Below, in pieces: positions 21,561-32,227 of a stretch of DNA of 64,000 nt (position 1 is its first letter; each line of letters starts with the position of its first letter). Source of the DNA: Synechococcus sp. (GTDB lineage: Bacteria > Cyanobacteriota > Cyanobacteriia > Thermostichales > PCC-7336); the NCBI GenBank assembly GCA_051439605.1, contig JBFRWN010000141.1:1-64000 (forward strand), read 5' to 3'. Under the pieces are notes generated by a model, which saw nothing but the letters and a program-made list of their open reading frames with translations, was not told the DNA's origin and searched no databases. Position numbers and translations under genes: made by a program.

Positions 21561-22325
21561 GTGGCCATACCGTTATTAAGCTATCCATCTTCTACTCAAA
21601 ATGCTCGCATTGAAGGTTACGAGGTTGCTGGTGATGACCAACCAGTCATTTATTCCAGCGAAAATCTTTTGTCTGAGGGAGATTTCCGCAATCTGGTAGA
21701 GGCTGCCTACCGTCAGATTTTCTTCCACGCCTTCAAGAGCGATCGCGAACCTTTCTTAGAATCTCAGTTAAAAAACGGTCAAATCACCGTCAGAGAATTC
21801 ATCCGGGGTTTGTTACTTTCCGATACCTACAACAAGAGCTTTTACACTCTCAACAACAACTACCGCTTTGTAGAGCAAACCGTTCAGCGCGTTCTAGGTC
21901 GCGATATTTACAATGAACGCGAGAAATTAGCTTGGTCAATCGTAGTAGCAACCAAGGGCAAACAAGGATTTGTGGATGACTTGCTCGGTAGTGACGAGTA
22001 CCTCGAAAATTTTGGGGATGACATCGTTCCTTACCAACGCCGTCGAGTCCTACCTGGCCGCGATAAGGGCGAACTTCCCTTTAATATCAAGTCCCCCCGC
22101 TACGACGCATACTACCGTCAAATTCTCGGCTTCCCCCAAATCATCTTCACGTACGATGCAAAAGCGGCCAAGAAGTTCCGAAAAGGAACTACTAAGCGAG
22201 CTGGCGATCCTGCCGAATATTTGGAAATGGCGAAAAGTGTCTTTATCAATGCACCTGCCGTTCAGGGGGTCTCAGCTTCAAACATTGGGGACTACATGTC
22301 TAAAGTGCCCTCTCGAGCTCGCTAG
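21561..22325 (+). CDS. cpcG: Rod-core linker CpcG
   Basis: [11 protein letters not shown] and [13 protein letters not shown] motifs; hydrophilic C-terminus; GTG start. Confidence 0.93.
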   Translation: MAIPLLSYPSSTQNARIEGYEVAGDDQPVIYSSENLLSEGDFRNLVEAAYRQIFFHAFKSDREPFLESQLKNGQITVREFIRGLLLSDTYNKSFYTLNNNYRFVEQTVQRVLGRDIYNEREKLAWSIVVATKGKQGFVDDLLGSDEYLENFGDDIVPYQRRRVLPGRDKGELPFNIKSPRYDAYYRQILGFPQIIFTYDAKAAKKFRKGTTKRAGDPAEYLEMAKSVFINAPAVQGVSASNIGDYMSKVPSRAR

Positions 22326-22358
22326 CAATTGCATTTCCCCAATCTAGTTTCTTTATTT

Positions 22359-22391
22359 GCCTTCCCTATTTCTTTTGGGGGAAGGCTTTTT
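22359..22391 (+). terminator. Rho-independent terminator after cpcG
   Basis: GCCTTCCC...GGGAAGGC followed by TTTTT. Confidence 0.75.
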
Positions 22392-22484
22392 GTTGATGAG
22401 CCCCTAATGTTGGTGAGCTCTAGCTCTTACAATCCTTTCTTTTGCTTTTCATTGGGTGCGAAGCCTCTCGATATCCCACTCAAA

Positions 22485-23381
22485 CTACGCCGCAATCTCC
22501 ACCACCGACGGCAACCCCAGCCGACAACCCCCTTCCTCCGCATGCAAATCCAACCAATCCACCAAATCCTCCGCCACTGAATCGCACTCCAAATCCCGAT
22601 GAATATCGTGAAAACACTGCGGATACGCCCGATGGCTGGCATCCCAATGGGGCACCTGCTCCACAAACGACGCACTGTGCACCGATAGCGCGATTGGGTC
22701 CGACTCCCCATGCAAAATTAGCAGCGGCACCTGCAAGCGCTCCGGATGCGTTTGAATCCACTCCACCGTGTCAAAAAACTCCGTCACCAACCGGGCGGTC
22801 CCCTTCGTATGCCGCAGCGGGTCCTGCAAAAACTCCTCTAACAGTTTGGGGTCGCGCACTCCCTTCGCCGGATCGATTCCCGTATCGAGGGTAAATCGAG
22901 GCCAAATTGTCGACAGCAACTGCCCCACCGCCAGCTTCACCGGCGGTACCCCCACCTTGCCCAGCGCCGGAGCCAACGCGATCGCCCCCGCCAAGTGAGG
23001 CTGCATCCGCATGACAAAATCCAACACCACCACTGCCCCTAAACTGTGCCCCACCAAAAACAGATTGCAGTTAGATGTCTGGCGATCGACCAACTCGATA
23101 AACGCCTGCAAATCTGACCGATAATCCTGCCAAGATTCCACATACCCCCGCTGTCCGTGAGATCGCCCGTGCCCCCTTAAATCGACTCCGTACAGGGCGT
23201 ATTCGTGGCTGACTAAAAACTCGGCCAGATGAACGAACGTGCCGCTGTGGCTGCCCAACCCGTGCACTAACAACAAAATCCCCTTCGGATGGGCATCGGG
23301 ATACCAGGCACGATAGAACATCTCGTACTCCTTCGCCCCCTCAAAAACGCCTTCCCGTGGCGGAATCACTCGCGTTAGCAC
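22485..23381 (-). CDS. Alpha/beta hydrolase (monoacylglycerol lipase / lysophospholipase type)
   Basis: LVHGLG, DLRGHG, GHSLG nucleophile elbow, HGESD and FHD motifs; GTG start 2 nt after the fadE stop. Confidence 0.9.
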   Translation of the reverse strand: MLTRVIPPREGVFEGAKEYEMFYRAWYPDAHPKGILLLVHGLGSHSGTFVHLAEFLVSHEYALYGVDLRGHGRSHGQRGYVESWQDYRSDLQAFIELVDRQTSNCNLFLVGHSLGAVVVLDFVMRMQPHLAGAIALAPALGKVGVPPVKLAVGQLLSTIWPRFTLDTGIDPAKGVRDPKLLEEFLQDPLRHTKGTARLVTEFFDTVEWIQTHPERLQVPLLILHGESDPIALSVHSASFVEQVPHWDASHRAYPQCFHDIHRDLECDSVAEDLVDWLDLHAEEGGCRLGLPSVVEIAA

Positions 23382-23383
23382 CT

Positions 23384-25846
23384 TTAACCTCCTACTCTCA
23401 TCGAAGACGAACCCGAGGCTTTCTGAGGTCGCTTACTACCGAGCGATCGATAGACACCCAGGTCGAACGCATCCACCTGCACCGCATCGTAGCGAGCCTC
23501 CTCCGCTTCCTTGAGTAACCAAGCATCTTCCGGCGATACGATCCCGCGGACTTCAGCTTCCTCAATCAGCTGTGCGGGGCGGCCTTTCGGCAATCGACCT
23601 GACCGACTGGCAGCCTTGATAATTTTCAACATCGGCTCGGCTTTCAGTGCTAGGCCAAACGCCCGTTCCAGCCGACCGAGAGAATCCTGCGAACCTTTGG
23701 GGATATAAATGCCGTGGGTCAGCCTATCTCGATGACTGCCGCGAGCTTGGAGGGCTTGAGCCACATCGTGCCCGAGGCGATCGCTAGGCATGGCCCCAAT
23801 CGGATTGAGCCGCCACCAACCTAGCTGTAACCCACTGAAGGTCAACCCCATACCGGCAATGGACAGATTGCCGGAAATCCCTTCAAATGCCGACTGCATT
23901 TGGGCAAACGCGTAATCCATCGACCAGCGCAACAGCGGCAAATCTTCCTCTTGCTGGCCTTCTGCCTCGTATCTGCGCAGGGTGGCAGCAGTCAAATACA
24001 TCCAGGACAGCACATCGGCAAACCGACCGGCTAATTTTTCTCGCCGCTTCAAACTGCCTCCAAAGTTGAATAGCACGAGGTCTGTCAGCGCAGCAAAGGC
24101 CGCAGAAGCCCAGGCTAACTTCTGGTAGTAACGAGCGGTCTTACCTCTAACCGGAGAACTTGCCAATCGTCCCCGGGTGAGATGTAGCAGGACGGCACGG
24201 GTTGAATTGCTGGCCGCCGAGCCCACATGGGACCAGAAGACGCGATCGAACCGATCCAGATCGGAGGATTCTAACGCTACAATTTCATCAAATACGTAGG
24301 GATGGCAGCGAATCGCCCCCTGACCGAAAATCATCATCGATCGCGTTAGGATATTCGCCCCTTCAACGGTGATGGAAATCGGAGTGGCGGTGTAGATATT
24401 CGCCAGTAGATTGCGCGGCCCGCGACAGATGCCCGCTCCCCCCATCACATCCATACCATCGTTAATAATTTTGCGGGAGAGTTCGGTGGTGGTGTACTTG
24501 GCGATCGCCGATACCACCGCTGGTTGTTCGCCGCGATCGACTGCTCCGCAGGTGTACTGACGGGCCGCATCTACGATGTAGGTTAGTCCGGCAATCCGAG
24601 CCAGTGGTTCTTCGATCCCTTCAAATTTACCAATGGACAAACCGAACTGCTTGCGTACGACAGCATACGCTCCAGTCACCCGCGAGACCAATTTGGCTAC
24701 GCCAGAACAGGTTGCCGGGAAGCTAATCCCCCGTCCCGCAGCCAGCGACTGCATCAGCATCTTCCACCCCTGCCCCGCCTGTTCTACACCGCCAATAATT
24801 TGGCCGATGGGTACCACGACGTCATGTCCTTGAGTGGGGGAGTTGTAAAACGGCACCCCCATCGGGTCGTGCCTTTGATTGACGATGACGCCGGGGATAT
24901 CAGTGGGAATCAACGCGCAGGTGATCCCTACGTCTTTGCCTTTACCCAGCAGGTTGTGGGGATCTTTGAGCTGGAATGCCAATCCTAGTAAGGTGGCGAT
25001 CGCCCCTAGCGTGATGTAGCGCTTCTTCCAATTGAGGCGCAGGTAAAGCTGGCCATCATCCCCCTCAAACACCACCCCGTTGGAGGTAATACTGGCGGCA
25101 TCCGAACCGGCGGTGGGTTCTGTCAGGGCAAAACAAGGGATGTCTTCCCCTCGCGCTAACCGGGGGAGATAGTGCTGCTTTTGTTCTGGGGTGCCGTAAT
25201 TTAATAGTAATTTCGCCGGCCCCAGCGAGTTGGCCACACCCACCGTTGCCACGTAGGTGAACGATCGCGATGCCAGCTTGGTCATCACCGCGCTGTACGC
25301 CGCATTGGAAAACCCCAACCCGCCATATTCCTGAGGAATCATTATGCCCAGAAACCGTTCCAGCTTGAGGAAGTCCCACACGCGGGCCGGTAAGTCCTGT
25401 AACTGGTAAATCTCCCAATCGCTGGTCATGCCGCAGGCTGTTTCAACCTGGCTATCTAAAAAGTCTTGCTCTTCAGCCGTCAGTTCAGGATAGGGTTCGC
25501 TCAAGATGCGGTTGAAATCCGGTTTCCCCGAGAAAAATTCTCCCTCCACCCAGACATTTCCAGCTTCGATTGCAGCTCTTTCCGTCTCTGAAATCGACGG
25601 CAATACCTTCAGGGAGGTGATGACTTTCACAACTGCCAAAGTCAGCGTTTTTTTACGCAAGACCGGAATGTTGAAGATGAGGGCGAACGGGATAAATATC
25701 CCCCATATCCAAAGCGGACTGTGGAGTGCTGCTATTCCAGCTGCAATCAGAACGCACCAAGTCCACATGGGCAGCGCGAAATAACTCAATGCAGCTAATA
25801 GAACGAGCCAAATCGGAATAACGAAAGAGGGGTGAAGAAACGTCAT
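23384..25846 (-). CDS. fadE: Large membrane-anchored acyl-CoA dehydrogenase (E. coli FadE type)
   Basis: N-terminal TM helices; CFALTEPTAGSDA, GRGISFP and ITVEGANILTR motifs; ATG 25846 after GGAGG. Confidence 0.92.
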   Translation of the reverse strand: MTFLHPSFVIPIWLVLLAALSYFALPMWTWCVLIAAGIAALHSPLWIWGIFIPFALIFNIPVLRKKTLTLAVVKVITSLKVLPSISETERAAIEAGNVWVEGEFFSGKPDFNRILSEPYPELTAEEQDFLDSQVETACGMTSDWEIYQLQDLPARVWDFLKLERFLGIMIPQEYGGLGFSNAAYSAVMTKLASRSFTYVATVGVANSLGPAKLLLNYGTPEQKQHYLPRLARGEDIPCFALTEPTAGSDAASITSNGVVFEGDDGQLYLRLNWKKRYITLGAIATLLGLAFQLKDPHNLLGKGKDVGITCALIPTDIPGVIVNQRHDPMGVPFYNSPTQGHDVVVPIGQIIGGVEQAGQGWKMLMQSLAAGRGISFPATCSGVAKLVSRVTGAYAVVRKQFGLSIGKFEGIEEPLARIAGLTYIVDAARQYTCGAVDRGEQPAVVSAIAKYTTTELSRKIINDGMDVMGGAGICRGPRNLLANIYTATPISITVEGANILTRSMMIFGQGAIRCHPYVFDEIVALESSDLDRFDRVFWSHVGSAASNSTRAVLLHLTRGRLASSPVRGKTARYYQKLAWASAAFAALTDLVLFNFGGSLKRREKLAGRFADVLSWMYLTAATLRRYEAEGQQEEDLPLLRWSMDYAFAQMQSAFEGISGNLSIAGMGLTFSGLQLGWWRLNPIGAMPSDRLGHDVAQALQARGSHRDRLTHGIYIPKGSQDSLGRLERAFGLALKAEPMLKIIKAASRSGRLPKGRPAQLIEEAEVRGIVSPEDAWLLKEAEEARYDAVQVDAFDLGVYRSLGSKRPQKASGSSSMRVGG

Positions 25847-25884
25847 CGATACAACCTCCAAAATCCACCAGCGGAGTGGAAACT

Positions 25885-27066
25885 TTAAATCATCAAATTC
25901 TCAAATATTCCTGCCGCCCCCATGCCCCCTCCAATGCACATCGTGCACAGCCCGTACCGAATGCCTCGGCGTTTCATTTCGTGCAGCAACGTGGCAGTCA
26001 GCTTGGCTCCTGTACAGCCAAGCGGATGGCCGAGGGCGATCGCCCCTCCGTTGACGTTGACGATGTCAGCATCCAAGCCCAACTTGCGAATCACCGCTAA
26101 CGCCTGGACCGCAAAGGCTTCGTTTAATTCGATCAGGCCGATGTCATCCAAGTGCAACCCCACCTGCTCGAGGACTTTAGGAACGGCTTCCACCGGCCCA
26201 ATCCCCATCACTTCGGGAGGAACTCCAGTAACGGCATAGCCCAACAGGCGAGCCATTGGCTGGATATCGAGGCGATCGCAGGCATCCTTGCTCAGCACGA
26301 CTGCTGCAGCTGCCCCGTCGGAGGTTTGAGAAGAGTTGCCTGCCGTGACGGTGCCTTTGGCACTGAAGGCGGGCTTGAGCTTGGCTAGGGCTTCCAGACT
26401 AGTGTCGGAACGCGGGCCTTCGTCTGTATCAAACATGGAGGCCAGAGAATGCAGGTGACCGTCTCGATAGGTTGTCGTATAAACCGACAGCGGCACAATC
26501 TCCTCTTTAAATCGTCCCGCTTGAATCGCGGCCAACGCCCGCTGGTGCGATCGCAGGGCAAATTCGTCCTGCTCTTCCCGAGTAATGTGAAACTCCTTCG
26601 CCAATCGCTCGGCGGTCAGCCCCATCGTCATGTAGGCCTGCGGCCCATCCTTCATGAGTTCGGGATTGGGAGCTAGATAGTGCCCGCCAGGGGGAATCAA
26701 ACTCATGGACTCTGCCCCCCCCGCCACCAGCGCTTCTGCCTGCCCTGTTTCAATCGCTTGAGCCGCCATCGCGATCGCCTGCAACCCCGAAGCGCAGCAG
26801 CGATTGACCGTACAGCCCGGAACGGAGTCCGGCAATCCCGCCAGATGGGACACCACGCGGCCCAAGTTCATGCCCTGCACCCCTTCAGGGAAGGCGCAGC
26901 CAAACACGACATCTTCAAGTTCATTAAGGTCAAGATTGGGAACGCGGGCGATCGCTTCCTTCACAACTGCAGCTCCCATTTCGTCAGGTCGCATGGAGCG
27001 CAGGCTACCGCGAGGGGCTTTACCGACGGCAGTTCTGACAGAGCTGGCGATATAGGCATTTAGCAT
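25885..27066 (-). CDS. fadA: 3-ketoacyl-CoA thiolase
   Basis: TVNRxCASG, NEAF, GHPLG and CIGGGMG catalytic motifs all intact. Confidence 0.93.
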   Translation of the reverse strand: MLNAYIASSVRTAVGKAPRGSLRSMRPDEMGAAVVKEAIARVPNLDLNELEDVVFGCAFPEGVQGMNLGRVVSHLAGLPDSVPGCTVNRCCASGLQAIAMAAQAIETGQAEALVAGGAESMSLIPPGGHYLAPNPELMKDGPQAYMTMGLTAERLAKEFHITREEQDEFALRSHQRALAAIQAGRFKEEIVPLSVYTTTYRDGHLHSLASMFDTDEGPRSDTSLEALAKLKPAFSAKGTVTAGNSSQTSDGAAAAVVLSKDACDRLDIQPMARLLGYAVTGVPPEVMGIGPVEAVPKVLEQVGLHLDDIGLIELNEAFAVQALAVIRKLGLDADIVNVNGGAIALGHPLGCTGAKLTATLLHEMKRRGIRYGLCTMCIGGGMGAAGIFENLMI

Positions 27067-27152
27067 TGTGGGTCTCCGGGATGCTGGTTTTTTGGGCGGA
27101 TAAGTGAGGGGAGGATTGGTGGGGATTTGAGCTAATGAACGGTCGCCAATCC

Positions 27153-29531
27153 CTAATTCCTCAGCGGCTTCTTGTGCCTTAACAAATACGCCATCCGCTC
27201 CTGAGTTTTTGGCTCCGCCAGCAGAGGAACGAACGCTTGCCGTTCTAAATCCAACAGGTATTGCTCGTCTACAAGGGTGGGGGTGGACAGATCGCCGCCG
27301 GTCATGGCAAAGGCCAGTTTGTTAGCTAAGACTCGGTCGTAATCGGAGGCAAACCCCGCTTCATGCATGGTGTAGGCAGCGTGCTCCATGAGGGCTCGGG
27401 CGGAGCTGCCCATCAACCAAAGGTTATGGTTTTTAGCTGGAGGGATGTAGCCTTCGTTGGCGAGCCGCATGACCTCTTGCTTGGCAACATACAGGCAGCG
27501 ATCGCCGTTCATCACCACTACCGCGTCAGTGGGGAGAAAGCCCAACTCGATGGCTTCTGCAGCGCTGTTTGAAACCGTAGCGGTGGCGATGGTTTCAAAT
27601 GCCTTTTGCAGCCAGGGCTGAATGTGGCTGGGGGCCTCGGAGGGGGCGCGATCAACAGCACGGGTAACCATGCGCAGCATGCCGCCGCCAGCAGGAACTA
27701 AGCCAACGCTCAGTTCCACCAAGCCAATATAGGTTTCGGCGGCCGCCACCACATGCGGACAGGCCAACACTAATTCACAGCCGCCCCCCAACGCTCGCCC
27801 TTGCACCGCCGCCACAATCGGTTTATGGAAATAGTGAATCCGCTGCATCAGCGTTTGAAACTGCTGAATTAACCCAGAGATGGCTTCCGCGCCCCCTTCC
27901 CGAGCAGCATGGGCCATTTCTTTGAGATTGGCGCCAGCCGAGAAGTTTTGTCCGCCATTGCCAATCACTAAACCGCGATAGCTACTGGTTTCCAGCAGGC
28001 TGAGGCTGGCATCTAACCCAGATAGGACAAGATTGCTGAGGGTGTTCCCCTTCGAGCGAAACTCATACAGCAGTACCCCGTCCCCCAGATCCAGCAGGGC
28101 GGCCTCTGGGTTTTGCCATACCGTGCGTTTGGGGTCGAGCTTGAGCTCCTCCAGGTCGATCTCGTCTGCATGTGTTTCTAAATCGGTATAACCGCACCCC
28201 CCCATGCTGGGGTCGTAGCCCTGCCCCGTTCTGGGCTCGTCGCCGGCCTCGGAAGCATGGGTATAGAATTTCGTAAACCCTGATTCCAGCATGAGCTCTA
28301 TCCAGTCGGGGATTGCCAGTCCTGCAGTCAGCATGTCATCCAAGACCATTTCCACCCCCAGTTCGTCCCACAGTTGGAACGGTCCTATCTCCCAACCAAA
28401 TCCCCACCGCAAGGAGCGATCGATATCCAGGGGGCGATCGGCGATTTCGGGAATCCGGTTGGCGGCGTAGGCCAAAATCTCCAGAGTGGTTTCACGGAAA
28501 AAAGCCCCCCCTCGTCCCGGATCGTTATAGAGAGCACGCAGACGATCGCCTAATGCCAGCTTGCTGAGACTCTCCAGGTGATCGAGATCCATCGGTTTAG
28601 CGGCTTCGTAGGCCCAGGTTTCTGGGTTGAGGGACAGAATTTCCCGTTTGACTTTTTTGTAAAATCCCTGGCCGGTTTTGGCCCCCAGCGTGCCGGTGGC
28701 CACGAGATCCCGCACAATCTCCGGGATAGCAAACACCTCTCGACTCTCGTCGTGGGGAATGGCGGCATACAAGTGCTCGGTGACGTATTGCAGCGTATCC
28801 AACCCGACTAAGTCGGCTGTCCGAAATGTGGCCGATTTAGGTCTTCCCACCAGGGTGCCGGTGAGGAAATCGATTTCTTCAATCGTGTATCCCTTGTCCA
28901 GCCACCATCTCAACCCCAGCATCGTGGCAAACATGCCCACTCGGTTGGCGATAAAGTTGGGGGTGTCTTTGGCAACGACGACTCCCTTGCCCAGGTGCAT
29001 GCGGCCAAACTCCTTCATCCGCTCGACCAAAGCTGGGTCTGTGTCTGCAGTGGGAATCAGTTCCAGCAGCTTGAGATAGCGGGGGGGGTTGAAGAAATGG
29101 GTGCCCAAGAAGCGACGGCGAAAATCGAGGGAGCGGCCTGCCACTATGTCACGGATGGGCAAACCGCTAGTGTTGGTGGAGATGACGGTGCGATCGCCCA
29201 CCACCGATTCCAGCCGTTCCATCAGCTGCTGCTTAATGTCCAGATTTTCCACCACCGCTTCAATGACCCAATCCACATCCACCAGTCTGTGAAAGTCATC
29301 CTCAAAATTTCCGGCCACAATTCGTTGCGCGCTGGTTTTGGTAAAAAATATCGGGGGCGATTTCCGCGAGGCTTTCTTTAACGATGCTTGCACCAGGGAA
29401 TTTTTTTCTCCCGTTTTTGCGGGCAATTCAAGCAGATGAACGGTTAGTCCGGCATTGGCTAAGTGGGCGGCGATTTGGGTGCCCATTACCCCTGCCCCCA
29501 ATACTGCTGCGGTACGGAACGAGCGCATCAT
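27153..29531 (-). CDS. fadN: 3-hydroxyacyl-CoA dehydrogenase / enoyl-CoA hydratase (FadN-type domain order)
   Basis: GAGVMG Rossmann fold, STNTS and HFFNPP; C-terminal crotonase domain with GGGCE and ELSVGLVPAGGG. Confidence 0.9.
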   Translation of the reverse strand: MMRSFRTAAVLGAGVMGTQIAAHLANAGLTVHLLELPAKTGEKNSLVQASLKKASRKSPPIFFTKTSAQRIVAGNFEDDFHRLVDVDWVIEAVVENLDIKQQLMERLESVVGDRTVISTNTSGLPIRDIVAGRSLDFRRRFLGTHFFNPPRYLKLLELIPTADTDPALVERMKEFGRMHLGKGVVVAKDTPNFIANRVGMFATMLGLRWWLDKGYTIEEIDFLTGTLVGRPKSATFRTADLVGLDTLQYVTEHLYAAIPHDESREVFAIPEIVRDLVATGTLGAKTGQGFYKKVKREILSLNPETWAYEAAKPMDLDHLESLSKLALGDRLRALYNDPGRGGAFFRETTLEILAYAANRIPEIADRPLDIDRSLRWGFGWEIGPFQLWDELGVEMVLDDMLTAGLAIPDWIELMLESGFTKFYTHASEAGDEPRTGQGYDPSMGGCGYTDLETHADEIDLEELKLDPKRTVWQNPEAALLDLGDGVLLYEFRSKGNTLSNLVLSGLDASLSLLETSSYRGLVIGNGGQNFSAGANLKEMAHAAREGGAEAISGLIQQFQTLMQRIHYFHKPIVAAVQGRALGGGCELVLACPHVVAAAETYIGLVELSVGLVPAGGGMLRMVTRAVDRAPSEAPSHIQPWLQKAFETIATATVSNSAAEAIELGFLPTDAVVVMNGDRCLYVAKQEVMRLANEGYIPPAKNHNLWLMGSSARALMEHAAYTMHEAGFASDYDRVLANKLAFAMTGGDLSTPTLVDEQYLLDLERQAFVPLLAEPKTQERMAYLLRHKKPLRN

Positions 29532-29549
29532 GTCGGAACCCTCACAAAT

Positions 29550-31586
29550 TTAGGTGTGCATTGGAAAATTTGGATAGAGCTGGCTAGCTCGGTAGAGCAG
29601 CATTGAAACTGGTCCGGCGATTGCCAAAGCAGGGTTCATCGGTCCGGAATACATGGCTTCGATCGCGGCAGTGAAGCTCGTTGCGTCTACAGAACATTCC
29701 GCCCGACGCTCGATTCGTGTGATATCGCAATGGAGAGCCAGCTCCGGATCGATCAGCTGAAAGCGCTTGGCCCGAGACCAATAGGGCATGCATTCATTCG
29801 CTTCATCCACCAGCGACTGGTACAACTGCACCACCTGCGGATGCTCCAGCAATTTCTCGATTGAAGCTTCAATCCCCTGTAAGATGGCCCAGTCTTGCAG
29901 CTCGTCAGGGTTGGGGAAAATCACCATCGAGCAAAACTTGCGCCGAGCTCCAATCGCGATCGCCCGCTCCACCAGCGGAGAATGCATTAAATACCGTTCC
30001 AACGGTTGCGGGGAAACGTATTTGCCGGTAGAGAGCTTGAACAGATTTTTCTTGTAACCGAAAATCTGAACAAAGCCTTCCTCTGTCAGTTCCCCCATAT
30101 CCCCCGTATGGAACCAGCCATCAGTGTCAATGACTGCCCGTGTGGCTGCTTCATCGCGGTAATACCCTTGCATGACGTAGGGGGCGCGAATCAAAATCTC
30201 ACCGTCGTCGGCGATCGCCAATTCCACCCCAGGAATTGGCACCCCCACCGTACCGGCCCGATTCCATTCCCCCCGGTTGTAACAAACCACCGAACTGGTT
30301 TCGGTGAGGCCATAGCCCTGCAACACAGAAATGCGAGCGGCGCTAAAGAAATTGGCCAGATCCGCACTCAGAGCCGCCCCCCCACAGATCAGGACTTTCA
30401 ACTGTCCCCCTAACGCCTCTCGCCATTTGGGAAACACCGTCAAATTCGCCAGCCAGAGCTGAAGGGCATACCACCCCCTAGGTTGTTTACCGATTTCAAA
30501 CCCATCTGCTAGCTTGAGGGACCAGCCATACAGCCAGCGCTGCCATCCCCTCAGCTGGCTGCCGGTTTTCAGGATGTGTTCGTAGGCTTTTTCCAACACC
30601 CTCGGCACTGTAATAAAGATGGTCGGTTTCACTTCCCGAAGGTGACGCCCCACTCGCTCTGGAGTAGAGAAGTAAATCCTGTGGCCGAAATATAAATGGC
30701 CGTACAAAAAGGCTCGCGCAAAGATGTGGGTCAGGGGTAGGAACGATAGGGCTACCTCCGGTTGACCGAGGATAAGGTCGGGGTGACTGGAGAAGGCGGA
30801 CAAGATGTTTGAAGTGATGTTGCCATGGGTTAATGCCACCCCCCTCGGTACGTCACAGCTGGGCCCAGTGTTGGGGTTACGGCCCCGCAGCTGTTGGCGA
30901 ACGGTGCTAGGGGGCTCTGGCCATCCCTCGATAGTGATATCGCTGACGTGCTCGGTACTACCGATGACGTAAATAATGGTGGCTAAATCATCAGGGGAAA
31001 GACGAGATCGCAGCTGCCTGCGTTTCCCTACGGAAAACCGTTCGGTCCCTCGGGATAGAATCTCCTGGAATGCTACGTACTGACAGTGAGGATGAGGGAG
31101 GTTGAGTGCACTGGGAACCGGCTGCTGTTCTACCACCACAATCGTCGTTAAATGTTCGCTCAACGAGATGGGCTGTGCAATTTTTTCCAGTAATTTCCTA
31201 CTCGAAACAATCAGCACTTTAGACTGTGAATGATTCAAGATATAGCCGATCGCAGAAGGGGCTTCCGACAAATCGATAGGTACATCGACCAACCCAGCCG
31301 TCGCGCACCCCAGATCGGCGATCGCAAACTGAACATCGCTGTTCATAAAGAGTGCTACGCGATCGCCTTTTTCCAACCCCAAACTCAACAGACCAAGGGC
31401 AAATGTATCTGCAGAAACGCGCAGATCTTGTAAAGACGTACCCTCCCAATTTCTGTGTAGATATTGATTGAGCGCTCGTTCGTTGGGCCGCAGATCGCAA
31501 GCTTCGTCAAGCAGTGCGGGTAATGTACGGCCTGCAAAAACCATCCCTCCTTGCGCAGGGGAGACCACCGACCGATGGATATTCAT
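29550..31586 (-). CDS. Long-chain acyl-CoA synthetase-like (FadD15 type) with degenerate catalytic motifs
   Basis: SFLPLTHIF, GYGLTET and WFHTGD are present, but the P-loop is altered and interrupted. Confidence 0.85.
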   Translation of the reverse strand: MNIHRSVVSPAQGGMVFAGRTLPALLDEACDLRPNERALNQYLHRNWEGTSLQDLRVSADTFALGLLSLGLEKGDRVALFMNSDVQFAIADLGCATAGLVDVPIDLSEAPSAIGYILNHSQSKVLIVSSRKLLEKIAQPISLSEHLTTIVVVEQQPVPSALNLPHPHCQYVAFQEILSRGTERFSVGKRRQLRSRLSPDDLATIIYVIGSTEHVSDITIEGWPEPPSTVRQQLRGRNPNTGPSCDVPRGVALTHGNITSNILSAFSSHPDLILGQPEVALSFLPLTHIFARAFLYGHLYFGHRIYFSTPERVGRHLREVKPTIFITVPRVLEKAYEHILKTGSQLRGWQRWLYGWSLKLADGFEIGKQPRGWYALQLWLANLTVFPKWREALGGQLKVLICGGAALSADLANFFSAARISVLQGYGLTETSSVVCYNRGEWNRAGTVGVPIPGVELAIADDGEILIRAPYVMQGYYRDEAATRAVIDTDGWFHTGDMGELTEEGFVQIFGYKKNLFKLSTGKYVSPQPLERYLMHSPLVERAIAIGARRKFCSMVIFPNPDELQDWAILQGIEASIEKLLEHPQVVQLYQSLVDEANECMPYWSRAKRFQLIDPELALHCDITRIERRAECSVDATSFTAAIEAMYSGPMNPALAIAGPVSMLLYRASQLYPNFPMHT

Positions 31587-32227
31587 TGGATTATTGAAGA
31601 ACTCCAGGCTCTTCCACTCACAACCTTATGACTTGCAATTTTTATGCGCCGACTGCCAGTCTGAATTTAGCGCAACTCACACCTTAATACGTACACAAAG
31701 CCAATAAAAACAATCCGATAGAGCAACGCATGTTTAGTTTTATTGGCTGTTTGGTCTATTTACTAGTATACGGCCGTAAAAAAGTGACACTTGGGATTGG
31801 CAACAAAAATAAAGCTCTACCCAAAATAATTCTTTACAGATTTAATGCCCCATAAAAAGCTACGCGGCCCATAAAATAGGGACGCACCACCATGGTTCAG
31901 GCAGTTATAGATGCAGCATGGAAATTCCTGGCGGGGCATCTTTTCTAGAATCTATAATTTTTTCCTATTTCAATTCTAGCTGTTTCCCTCTCGGTTAGGG
32001 CTACAGAATTAATGCCCAGTAAAGGATACTGCCACTTAACGGTCACAATTGGACCGAGAGATTAAAGCTCAGCCCGTGTTTCAACTGATCGAAAAACCTC
32101 GGCAAGATAGCAGTCAGGATAAACGTTGACCCATAGTTAAAGATCGAACGCCTCAGTTATAGAGGCGTCCATAGATCCAGATAGTTAATTAACGAAACCG
32201 TTCTAAGTGGCTAGACCGCTGCTGTAA

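Noticed and set aside
22329..22894. Pro-rich and Gly-rich overlapping ORFs
   Set aside because: Alternative frames of the GC-rich lipase 3' end.
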